From an uncultured delta proteobacterium (GTDB lineage: Bacteria; Myxococcota_A; Polyangia; Polyangiales; Polyangiaceae), in NCBI GenBank assembly GCA_963782055.1, contig CAWAIF010000003.1:5632001-5696000 (forward strand): a DNA stretch of 64,000 nt, in the 5' to 3' direction. The translations under genes were made by a program, and so were the position numbers. Each line of letters begins with the position of its first letter. Positions within the stretch are counted from its first letter, which is position 1. The notes beneath the pieces are model-generated. The model saw nothing but the letters and a program-made list of their open reading frames with translations. It made no database searches and was not told where the DNA came from. This document shows positions 1 to 8,118 of this stretch, one piece after another.

Positions 1-7
1 AGGACGT

Positions 8-34
8 GGGGAGGACCGCCCGCGCGCAGGGGCT
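8..34 (+). repeat. Truncated copy of the ~180-bp hairpin repeat family
   Basis: GGGGAGGACCGCCCGCGCGCA matches the same stretch in the copies at ~3041, ~5537 and ~37622. It is joined directly to the GGGGCT end motif. Confidence 0.75.
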
Positions 35-49
35 AGCATCTCTTCCGTC

Positions 50-200
50 ATGCGCCCGGCGATCCGAACGGCGCCGGCGCCCCCCGTGGCCCGCGTACAC
101 CACGGCGAGCGACGAGAACCTCGTCATCGACACGCCTATCACGACCGCGACCGCCCTGAAGAACGACGCGTGCGACTTCTGAGATACTATCGAGAAGTAG
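50..200 (+). pseudogene. Internally deleted relic of a carboxylesterase paralogue
   Basis: 56-200 aligns to 4622-4767: GDPNGAGA/WPAYTTASDENLVIDTPITTATALKNDACDF*DTIEK* versus GDPNGDGAVAWPAYTAANDEDLVIDTPVSTATGLKKARCDFWDTIEK*. There is a 1-nt frameshift near 85 and TGG>TGA at 180-182. Confidence 0.9.
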
Positions 201-277
201 CGATTGGGGCACCACGCCCCCGGCCGCGAGGCCGTCGCTCGCCTCGAGAGCCGCATTCTTGTTGGCGCAACCAGTAA

Positions 278-1123
278 CTAGTCCAGCACCTCCTCAGCAC
301 CAGCCAATAGCCGGTCCAATGCCGCCTCCTCACACTGATTGGAGATGGCCTCCAAATATGTACCAACCGGCGGGAAGACAAAGCGGCCAGCAACCTCAAC
401 CAACCGCGCAAGGCCCGCATCCCCGCACCTGACGCGCAGCGCCAGCGACGCACCAACACGGACACCGATACTAGCTTTCGGATTCTCCACGACATACCAC
501 AGGGCCTCGCGCAACACTCCAGGGGTACGATACGTACCGTCCGCGTCGCGCGCACCGATCACGCGCATGTCGCGAATCCACTGCGAGGCGGATCGTCCAC
601 CGCGTGCAAGACCATCGACAGGAGCGACATCAGACCAGGCCTGATACGTGTCGAAAGCAGCACCCAGTTCGTCTCCAAAGCGCCTGAGTTGGCCTAGCGA
701 CGTTGGCCCTGTAGGCTCCTTCTTCAGCAACCAGGCCCAGCGCTCCTGAGTCGGCGAATGCAATGGATACCACGCGAGACGGGCACCATCCTTGAAGTGC
801 ACTACTACGATGCCGGGTACCGATCGATGCACCGCCGCCAATGCCCCGAACGGTACGAAGCGCATGGCACCCAGCGTCTGGTACTGGAGTAGCCCGTCGA
901 CACCAATCACAACGGTCACTTGACGTTGCGCGCGCCGCGCAGACCACGCCAGAAGCAGTGCCACGTCCAGAAGCATCAATGTCGTCGCAAAGGCATCCCC
1001 TACGCGTTGTACAACGACAAATATGGCGGCAGCCAGAACCAGCATCAGCCAATCCCATCGATCGCACCCTGCGCTCCGGCCTGCGCCGACGAGGTGCGCT
1101 CCCCGCGCTCCCCTGCTTCTCAC
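278..1123 (-). CDS. Hypothetical membrane protein (cassette gene B): two N-terminal TM helices, a beta-rich middle and a helical C-terminal domain
   Basis: 281-aa ORF whose GTG start overlaps the upstream stop (the true start may be nearer 1044). Composition is more AT-rich than the flanks. The C-terminal domain is homologous to 54064-54400. Confidence 0.75.
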   Translation of the reverse strand: MRSRGARGAHLVGAGRSAGCDRWDWLMLVLAAAIFVVVQRVGDAFATTLMLLDVALLLAWSARRAQRQVTVVIGVDGLLQYQTLGAMRFVPFGALAAVHRSVPGIVVVHFKDGARLAWYPLHSPTQERWAWLLKKEPTGPTSLGQLRRFGDELGAAFDTYQAWSDVAPVDGLARGGRSASQWIRDMRVIGARDADGTYRTPGVLREALWYVVENPKASIGVRVGASLALRVRCGDAGLARLVEVAGRFVFPPVGTYLEAISNQCEEAALDRLLAGAEEVLD

Positions 1124-2152
1124 GATCGCGGTCCGATCGGACTGCCGGTGTCGTCCGGATTAGGATATTCGTGGAACGAGTGAGGGTTGCCGCCTCCGGT
1201 CCCCTCTGCCGGGTCGGGAAAGTAGAGGTCGACTCGCCGCAACCTGCCGCGTGGCCCTCCCACACCTCCTCCATCCGGATCATCCGGTGAGGGCATCTCC
1301 TCACTCGCATGGGGTCCGCCAACCCCGCCGCCACCTGAAGGGTCGTCAGGAGCCGGCATGGAGCCCGGTACGTGCGGATTCGCCTTGTTGTAGCCCACGG
1401 CCAGACCAATCCCAACTCCGGCTAAGGCGCCAACCGCGACGAGGTCGGGGTTCCCGGTAGCCAGGGTCGCCAGTGCCCCGAGCACCGCTCCCGCGAAGGC
1501 GTCGTGGATTGCCTCCTTCGGGATATCGGGCGAGCCATGCGGGAGAGATCCCTTGAGCGCGATCGCTAGGACGCGCGCCTCGTGTGCGAGGCCGGTGTCG
1601 TCCCCCCACCAGTTCGGGTGTGGGCCGCCCCGCCCGGGGCTGCCCCGGTTGGGGTCGTACCCGTGCCCGAGCAATCCGAGCCACTTCATCACCTCCCGCC
1701 GCTGCTTCTCCAGGTGCGCGTGCACGTCCGGCAGGTCGTGCGACGGGTGGCGGTAGCCGCCCCGTCGGGTCGAAGCCTGGCAGGTCGTGCAGGTGCCCGA
1801 ACATCTCTCCGATGATAGCAGCCGGATCGCCCTTGCCCAGCGTGCCGCCGGGGTTCGACGAGATGGGGATGTTCCCGCCGAAGTAGTGCTTGGAGATGTG
1901 GTCGATCACCTTGCCGATGTCGCTCGGGCCGGGCAGGCCTGACCCCGGCGTGTGGGTCCCGAAGTCCCCTCCGCCCAGCCCGAAGGGGCCTCCGAAGTGC
2001 TTCGCGATCTGGCCGATCAGGTCGCCGAGTGAATCGCCCCCCGTGCCGCCGATGACCTGCCCGCTCGGGAGCACGACGCCGGTGCCTTCCTCCGGCGGCC
2101 GCCAGTTGACGCGGCGAGGGCCGGTGTACTCCGGCTCCGGCACCTCACTCAT
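1120..2152 (-). pseudogene. Cassette gene A: Gly/Pro-rich protein (~343 aa reconstructed) split by a +1 frameshift, either real or a sequencing error
   Basis: ATG at 2152 (MSEVPEPEY). Removing one base from the CCCC run at 1760-1763 joins ...HDLPGFDPT to GGYRHPSHDLPDVHAHLEK... in the 1120..1725 frame. Confidence 0.75.
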
Positions 2153-2158
2153 CCCGTA
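1843..2158. repeat. 316-bp dispersed direct duplication, copy 1 (5' part of gene A)
   Basis: Colinear with 54495-54810. I counted 12 mismatches by eye and no indels. Confidence 0.95.
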
Positions 2159-2163
2159 CGCTC

Positions 2164-2583
2164 TCACCCGAACCTCGCGGGTGAGACGCGGTTCGCCGTC
2201 ACCAGCACGCGGAAGGTGACGTCCCAGGGGCCGCTTGTGCCCTGGGGGCTGAGGCGCCAGCGCACCCACGTGCCCAGCGGAACGGCGGGGTTGTTCACGA
2301 GGAGGGTCTTCGGCAGCGCCCCGCTGGACGTGTACGGGCCGGTGCCGGCCGCGATACCCGTCACCTGCATCATCGACTGAAACAGCGCCTCGTCCTTGCT
2401 CGGGGCGGTGTCCAGGTAGAAGTCGACGCTGCCTCCGCTCTGGTAGGAGACCTCGCGCACGTCGAGCCAGAGCACCAGATCCTGGAAGGAGCTGAAGCCC
2501 ATCCAGTCGCGCTCCGTCTGCTTGATGTCCGCGATGTTGCTGCCGCGAATGGTGATCCAATCCTGAAGGACGTAACCGTACAT
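2164..2583 (-). CDS. Hypothetical beta-rich protein (139 aa), paralogue 2
   Basis: AAGGAG RBS before the ATG at 2583 (MYGYVLQDWITIRG). Shares TIRG, FQD, TAPSKD, NP.VP.G.W.RW.L and WDVTFR motifs with the upstream ORF. Confidence 0.85.
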   Translation of the reverse strand: MYGYVLQDWITIRGSNIADIKQTERDWMGFSSFQDLVLWLDVREVSYQSGGSVDFYLDTAPSKDEALFQSMMQVTGIAAGTGPYTSSGALPKTLLVNNPAVPLGTWVRWRLSPQGTSGPWDVTFRVLVTANRVSPARFG

Positions 2584-2597
2584 GGTGGTCTCCTTGG

Positions 2598-2976
2598 TCA
2601 GCAGAGGGTGTTGCCGGTGGCGAGGATGCGGAAGGTGACGTCCCAGGTGGCCGCGGGCGCATTGAGCTTCCATCGCGTCCAGGCGCCGATGGGGACGCCG
2701 GGGTTGGCCACGAGCAGCACGTTGCCGGTGTTGAGGCCCACGCCGAAGGACGTGGCCACCTGCGGGCTCACCGCCGTGAGAAACATCGCCGGGTCCTTGC
2801 TCGGCGCCGTCTCGATGCTCATCATCGTCGGGGAGTTCGTCATCTCCGCGACGTCGACGAGGAACGTGATGTCCTGGAAAGGGCCCGTGAAGAGCCACTG
2901 CCCCACGTCCTGGATGACGCTCGTGTTCGCGGCGCCGCGGATGGTGAGGCTGGGGAGGCGGGCGCACGCCGTCCAC
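2598..2976 (-). pseudogene. Hypothetical beta-rich protein, paralogue 1, with a degenerate 5' end
   Basis: The frame encodes LTIRG...TAPSKD...WDVTFRILATGNTLC. There is no in-frame start at the position matching its paralogue's start, the GTG at 2976 is out of frame, and the hairpin repeat abuts at 2982. Confidence 0.65.
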
Positions 2977-2981
2977 AGCCG

Positions 2982-3164
2982 GTCACCAGCGCCCAGGACA
3001 TCCTCCCCGCCCGAGCGAGCGCGAGCGAGCGATGGGCCAGGGGAGGACCGCCCGCGCGCACGGCTCACGCGCAGCGCGCGCAGGCCGCGACCGCCGTCTC
3101 CATCGTGCACCTGGTCGCGGCCGAGCACGCGAGCATGAGCCGGAGCACGGGCGCGAGGAGGGGC
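2982..3164 (+). repeat. ~180-bp nested-hairpin dispersed repeat (REP/MITE-like), full copy
   Basis: Near-identical to 5480-5672. Internal inverted repeats: TCCTCCCC/GGGGAGGA, CGGCTCA/TGAGCCG and GGCCGCGACC/GGTCGCGGCC. Confidence 0.9.
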
Positions 3165-3180
3165 TACTATCCTTCCCGAC

Positions 3181-4767
3181 ATGCTCCGCTCGTCTCTCGC
3201 CCTCCCCTTCCTTCTCCTCGCCCTCGCCCTCCCCGCCTGCAGCTCCACCCCGGACGCGACGTCCCCCCCGCCCGACGGCCCCGTGGACATCACCACCGAC
3301 AAGGGCCCCGTCCACGGCTCCCTCGGCGACGGCGCGCGCGCCTTCCTCGGCATCCCCTACGCCGCGCCGCCCGTCGGGCCGCTCCGCTTCCTCCCGCCCA
3401 CCGAGGCGCCCGCGTGGACCACCCCGCGCGACGGCGCGCAGTTCGGGCCGAAGTGCCCGCAGCTCGGCGTCGACGGCAAGTCCCTCGCGCCGGAGACCAG
3501 CGAGGACTGCCTGTACCTCAACGTGTGGACGCCACGCGCCGACGTGAAGGACGCCCCCGTCTTCGTGTGGATCCACGGCGGCGGCTTCACCATCGGCTCC
3601 GGCAGCAATCCCCTCTACAACGGCGAGAGCCTCGCGCGGGAGACGGGCGCGATCATCGTCACCATCAACTACCGCCTCGGACCCCTCGGCTTCCTCTCGC
3701 ACACCGCCTTCGCCGCGGAGGAGGGCGTCGCCACCTCGCCGAGCCCCGGCCTGCTCGATCAGCAGGCGGCGCTGAAGTGGGTGCAGCGCAACATCGCCGC
3801 CTTCGGGGGCGATCCGCAGGACGTCACCGTCGCCGGAGAGTCGGCGGGCGGCATCAGCGTGTGCGCCCAGCTCGCCATGCCCGGGTCGAAGGGCCTCTTC
3901 CAGCGCGCGGTGATCGAGAGCGGCCCCTGCTGGGGCGCCTTCCCCTCCAAGGCGACCGCCGAGGATCAGGGCGACCGCCTCGCCGCCGCCGTCGGCTGCA
4001 CCGATCCCGGCACCGTCGCGGCCTGCCTGCGCGGCAGGTCGGTCGAGGAGATCCTCGGCGCGCTCCCCGGCAAGGCCGCGTACTTCGACGCCAAGGGCGA
4101 CTCCTACGGCCCCGTCGTCGACGGCACGGTGCTGCCCAAGGTGCCGATGGACGCGCTCGCCGCGGGAGAGGGCGCCGGCGTGCCGACCATCCTCGGCACC
4201 AACGTCAACGAGGGACAGCTCTTCGTCTTCCTCTACCAGACCTCCTTCGGCGCGCCCCCGACCGCCGCCGACGTGCGCGCGTCGCTCGGGAGCATCTTCG
4301 GGGCGAGCGTGGTCGACCAGATCGCGGCGCAGTATCCCGTCGACACCGATCCGCCGCAGGCCTTCACCGACATCATCACCGACGGCGCCTTCGCCTGCCC
4401 CACCCGCCGCGCCGCGCGCGCGCTCGCCGCCGGCGGGGTCCCCGCCTTCCTCTACCAGTTCACCTGGCCCTTCAAGGTGGGCGCCATCTCCGGCCCGGTG
4501 ACCTCCCACTCCTTCGAGGTGCCCTTCGTCTTCCGCAACGCGTACGTGGGCACCAAGCTCGACGACGCCGACGTGGTCGTCTCCGACGCGATGGACGGCT
4601 ACTGGTTCCGCTTCGCCCGGACCGGCGATCCGAACGGCGACGGCGCCGTCGCGTGGCCCGCCTACACCGCGGCCAACGACGAGGACCTGGTGATCGACAC
4701 CCCGGTGAGCACCGCCACCGGGCTGAAGAAGGCCAGGTGCGACTTCTGGGACACCATCGAGAAGTAG
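3181..4767 (+). CDS. Type-B carboxylesterase/lipase family lipoprotein
   Basis: Motifs FLGIPYAAPP, SEDCLYLNVW, WIHGGGF, NYRLG and GESAGG nucleophile elbow. Lipobox-like LPAC. Confidence 0.95.
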   Translation: MLRSSLALPFLLLALALPACSSTPDATSPPPDGPVDITTDKGPVHGSLGDGARAFLGIPYAAPPVGPLRFLPPTEAPAWTTPRDGAQFGPKCPQLGVDGKSLAPETSEDCLYLNVWTPRADVKDAPVFVWIHGGGFTIGSGSNPLYNGESLARETGAIIVTINYRLGPLGFLSHTAFAAEEGVATSPSPGLLDQQAALKWVQRNIAAFGGDPQDVTVAGESAGGISVCAQLAMPGSKGLFQRAVIESGPCWGAFPSKATAEDQGDRLAAAVGCTDPGTVAACLRGRSVEEILGALPGKAAYFDAKGDSYGPVVDGTVLPKVPMDALAAGEGAGVPTILGTNVNEGQLFVFLYQTSFGAPPTAADVRASLGSIFGASVVDQIAAQYPVDTDPPQAFTDIITDGAFACPTRRAARALAAGGVPAFLYQFTWPFKVGAISGPVTSHSFEVPFVFRNAYVGTKLDDADVVVSDAMDGYWFRFARTGDPNGDGAVAWPAYTAANDEDLVIDTPVSTATGLKKARCDFWDTIEK

Positions 4768-4768
4768 G

Positions 4769-5308
4769 ATGCGCACCGGCCGCCCCGAGACCTCGCGGAT
4801 CGTGGCCGTCGCCGTGCTGCTCGCGGCGATCGGGTGTCGCGACGCCCCGTCGAAGACCGACGGCGCGGCGAGCGTTGCTCCTCAGCCGAGCGCGGCCCCC
4901 TCCGCACCGGCCGTGGCGACGGGCGCGTCGCCGAGCGACGCGGGCAGACCCGTGCCCTCCAACGTCGTCTACGAGCGCTTCGAGGACCTCGGCCCCAGCT
5001 ACCGCCTCCGGCACTACGGCGTGCGCTCCTCCGGCTTCGAGGCGATCGCCCACTACACCGCCCTCCTGCACGGCCAGGAGGTGCTCACCTCCGGCGTGGG
5101 CTTCCACAGCCTCTCGCCCGACGGCGCGTACGTCGTCTACGAGGCCGACGGGCACGTCTGGCTGCACGGCGCCGCGTCCGATCGCAAGGTCTCCATGACG
5201 CCCACGCCCTTCGTGCTGCCGACCCGCGCGACGTGGGACATGGCGCACCGGAAGGTGACCGTCACCTTCACCGCGCCCACGCCGCCGAAGACCGCCGCGC
5301 TGTTTTGA
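4769..5308 (+). CDS. Hypothetical lipoprotein
   Basis: Starts 1 nt after the esterase stop. Signal peptide ends LLAAIGC. Codons are GC3-biased. Confidence 0.8.
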   Translation: MRTGRPETSRIVAVAVLLAAIGCRDAPSKTDGAASVAPQPSAAPSAPAVATGASPSDAGRPVPSNVVYERFEDLGPSYRLRHYGVRSSGFEAIAHYTALLHGQEVLTSGVGFHSLSPDGAYVVYEADGHVWLHGAASDRKVSMTPTPFVLPTRATWDMAHRKVTVTFTAPTPPKTAALF

Positions 5309-5479
5309 GAGGGGGGTCGAAGTCATCTCCCGGGCCCGGCCCCAACCCGAAGCTCCCTCGCGCGTTCCTGCCCATGGTCGGGCGGAGGCCATTCGCGGGG
5401 GAGGGCTTCGTCCCCTGCCGTTCGCCATCGGGGGGACCGGGCACGGGCACGGGAGCTGGCACATGATCGTCGGTAGCCC

Positions 5480-5672
5480 GTCACCAGCGCCCAGGACATC
5501 CTCCCCGCCCGAGCGAGCGAAGCGAGCGATGGGCCGGGGGAGGACCGCCCGCGCGCACGGCTCACGCGCAGCGCGCGCAGGCCGCGAGCCCGTCACCACC
5601 GTGCACCGCGGTCGCGGCCGAGCACGCGAGCATGAGCCGGAGCACGGGCGGAGGAGGGGCCCACCCCCCTCT
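5480..5672 (+). repeat. Hairpin repeat family, full copy between convergent genes
   Basis: GTCACCAGCGCCCAGGACATCCTCCCCGCCCGAGCGAGCG...GAGGAGGGGCCCACCCCCCT, matching 2982-3164. Confidence 0.9.
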
Positions 5673-5683
5673 CCCGCTCTCCT

Positions 5684-6673
5684 TCACCCCCCCGGCGCGA
5701 CGTCCAGGAACGCCACCATCACGTACTCCTCCGCCGTCTTCTTCGGCCCGTCCGTGCCGGTGAGCGACCGGTAGTGCGCCTTCACCTTGCGCTTCTTGTA
5801 GCTCGAGTAGATGAACTGCGGCCCGCCCCACGACGGGAGCCACGAGTCCGCCTTGCGTCCCACGATGCCGCGCGCCTGCTCCTGCGAGACCACGCCCTGC
5901 TCGCTGTGCTCCAGGTGCTCGCGCAGCTTGCGGATCTCCTCGTGCGAGATGCCGAAGAGGAACTCCTCGAACGCGGAGAGCTCCTCCGGCGGCACGTCGT
6001 CGGAGTCGACGAAGTGGTCGAAGAAGCTGTGGTCGGTGGTGGAGGCGAGGAGGCGGAAGAACTCGCTGGTGCCCTTGAGGGTGCCGAGCACCGGCCGCAC
6101 CTTGTCGCGCGCGACCCACACCGACTCCAGCACCGGGGCGAAGTCGTCGATCTCCGCGTCCAGCCGGTGCTCCCAGATGTGGAAGAGCTCCCGCGCCGCG
6201 TGCTCCTTCACGTTCCGCTTGCCCGCGCGGTCGGTGAGGATGGCGATGAAGAGCTCCTCGGCGAGCTTGCTGTAGATGGACTGCCCCGCCTCGAACTGCA
6301 CGCGCTCCAGCAGTTCTGGCGGGGCGAGGGCGTGCTCCAGCGCGTAGCCGAGCCCCTTGAAGAAGTTGATCTTCACAAGGAGGTACGCGTTGCCGAGCAC
6401 CGCCTTCGTCGGCACGTGCATGTCCAGGTCGTAGTCGGGGACGCGGCAGAGCAGGTCGACCAGCTTCTCGCTGGAGACGCTGTGGCCGCCACGCGACTCG
6501 TGCGCGAGGCCAGGGCAGTCGAGCACGAGCTGCGCCGCGCGCCCGAGCCGGTCGAGCCCTTCCCGCACCGCAGCCACCTCCTCCGGCGTCCGTTGCGCGA
6601 GCAGTCCGAGCGCGGCGTCCACCGTCCCGCGCTCCCCGTCATCGAAGAAGAACCACCCCGTCATCGCCCGCAT
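5684..6673 (-). CDS. Hypothetical helical cytoplasmic protein
   Basis: 329-aa ORF with normal amino-acid composition and codon bias. No family recognised. Confidence 0.8.
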   Translation of the reverse strand: MRAMTGWFFFDDGERGTVDAALGLLAQRTPEEVAAVREGLDRLGRAAQLVLDCPGLAHESRGGHSVSSEKLVDLLCRVPDYDLDMHVPTKAVLGNAYLLVKINFFKGLGYALEHALAPPELLERVQFEAGQSIYSKLAEELFIAILTDRAGKRNVKEHAARELFHIWEHRLDAEIDDFAPVLESVWVARDKVRPVLGTLKGTSEFFRLLASTTDHSFFDHFVDSDDVPPEELSAFEEFLFGISHEEIRKLREHLEHSEQGVVSQEQARGIVGRKADSWLPSWGGPQFIYSSYKKRKVKAHYRSLTGTDGPKKTAEEYVMVAFLDVAPGG

Positions 6674-6756
6674 GCAGAAGCATAGCGCCTTTGGGAGGGA
6701 TCACGGGCGGAGCGGAGACAGAAACCCCGATCTCCACAACTCCCGTGATGCCTCGT

Positions 6757-8025
6757 TCACGGTTCCCGGTAGAACCTCGGGACACGGCGCGACACCGCGC
6801 ACAGCACCTCCCACGCGATGGTGTGCTCGTGCTCCGCCAGCTCATCGGCGGTGATCGCGTCCTTGCCGAGCGGGCCCTCCTGCGCGCCGAGCACTACCGC
6901 CTCGTCGCGCACGCTCACGCCCGGGTGATCGGTCACGTCGATCATGGTCATGTCCATCGACACCGCGCCGACGATGGGCGCGCGCTTGCCGCGCACCAGG
7001 ACGTGCCCCTTGTTGGTCAGGTGACGGGAGAGGCCGTCGGCGTAGCCCATGGGGATCGTCGCGACGCGCGTGGTGCGCGGGGCATGCCAGAGCGCGCCGT
7101 AGCCCACCGGGGAGCCGGCCGGGATCTCGCGCAGGCTGACGATCTCGCTGCGCACGCGCATGACCGGGTGCAGGTCGGTCGCCAGCGAGCTGCCCTCGGC
7201 GCGCGGCGCCACGCCGAAGAGGGCGATGCCGGGCCGCACCGCGTCGAGGTGCGCCTGATCGCGCAGCAGCGCGGCGGTGTTGGCGGCGTGCCGCACCTCC
7301 GGCCGCACGCCGTGCTTCGCGAGCAGCGCGGTCGCCTCGTCGAAGCGAACCATCTGCTCGGTGGTCTCCTCCTCCGTCGGCGCGTCGGCGCACGCGAGGT
7401 GCGTCATCAGCCCGCGCACCCGCACCTCCGGGAAGTCGGCCAGCGCCTCGGCGAAGCTCGCCAGGGCCTCCGTCCGCACGCCCAGGCGCGCCATGCCGGT
7501 GTCCACCTTGAGGTGCACACCCACCGGGCCCTGCACGTGCCCGCCGCGCACCAGGCGCGCGAAGCCCTCCACGTGCGCGAGATCGTAGACGACGGGCGTG
7601 AGCCCGCGCGCGAGCACCTCCTCGTGCGCGCCGCCGTAGTAGCCGCCCATCACCAGGATGGGCGCGGTGATCCCCGCCTCGCGCAGCTCGACCCCCTCCT
7701 CCAGAAGGGCGACGCAGAAGCCGTCGGCGCCGGCGCGCTCCAGGGTGCGCGCCACCGCGGGGGCGCCGTGGCCGTAGCCGTCCGCCTTGAGCACCGCCCA
7801 CACCTTCGCGCCCTTCGCGTGGCGCTTGACCACCCGCAGGTTCTGGCGCAGCGCCTGGAGGTTCACCTCCGCGCGGGTGGGGCGCACGGCGTCGGCCGGG
7901 GCGGCACGACGCGGCCGGAGCACGCGGGTGTTGCCCGGGAGCTGCGAGGCGGAGGACGACGGCGCCGGCGGGAGCGCCACGGCTGAGGCAGAGGCGGACG
8001 CCGGCGGGGGGTTGCTGCTCTTCAC
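6757..8025 (-). CDS. alr: Alanine racemase
   Basis: AVLKADGYGHG PLP-lysine motif, HLKVDTGMARLG, VRPGIALFG, GYADG, VSMD. Confidence 0.97.
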   Translation of the reverse strand: MKSSNPPPASASASAVALPPAPSSSASQLPGNTRVLRPRRAAPADAVRPTRAEVNLQALRQNLRVVKRHAKGAKVWAVLKADGYGHGAPAVARTLERAGADGFCVALLEEGVELREAGITAPILVMGGYYGGAHEEVLARGLTPVVYDLAHVEGFARLVRGGHVQGPVGVHLKVDTGMARLGVRTEALASFAEALADFPEVRVRGLMTHLACADAPTEEETTEQMVRFDEATALLAKHGVRPEVRHAANTAALLRDQAHLDAVRPGIALFGVAPRAEGSSLATDLHPVMRVRSEIVSLREIPAGSPVGYGALWHAPRTTRVATIPMGYADGLSRHLTNKGHVLVRGKRAPIVGAVSMDMTMIDVTDHPGVSVRDEAVVLGAQEGPLGKDAITADELAEHEHTIAWEVLCAVSRRVPRFYREP

Positions 8026-8118
8026 GGGTACTACTCGCTACCGGTACCCCAAACGAAGCGCAAGCGAGACCGCTTCCAGGAACCCACCTTCACGCCGGCG
8101 CGGGTATAGTCGGGTCTC

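Noticed and set aside
50..277. 75-aa ORF as a real small protein
   Set aside because: It is mostly an off-frame read of the esterase relic.
2982..3164. Hairpin repeat as an IS element, tRNA or integron attC site
   Set aside because: No transposase or integrase, no cloverleaf, no consistent RYYYAAC/GTTRRRY ends, and no clear target-site duplication.
2983..5198. Long overlapping ORFs 2983..4776(-) and 3105..5198(+), and similar Arg/Gly/Ala-rich ORFs throughout the window
   Set aside because: They are shadow frames of real high-GC genes, with skewed composition and no motifs.
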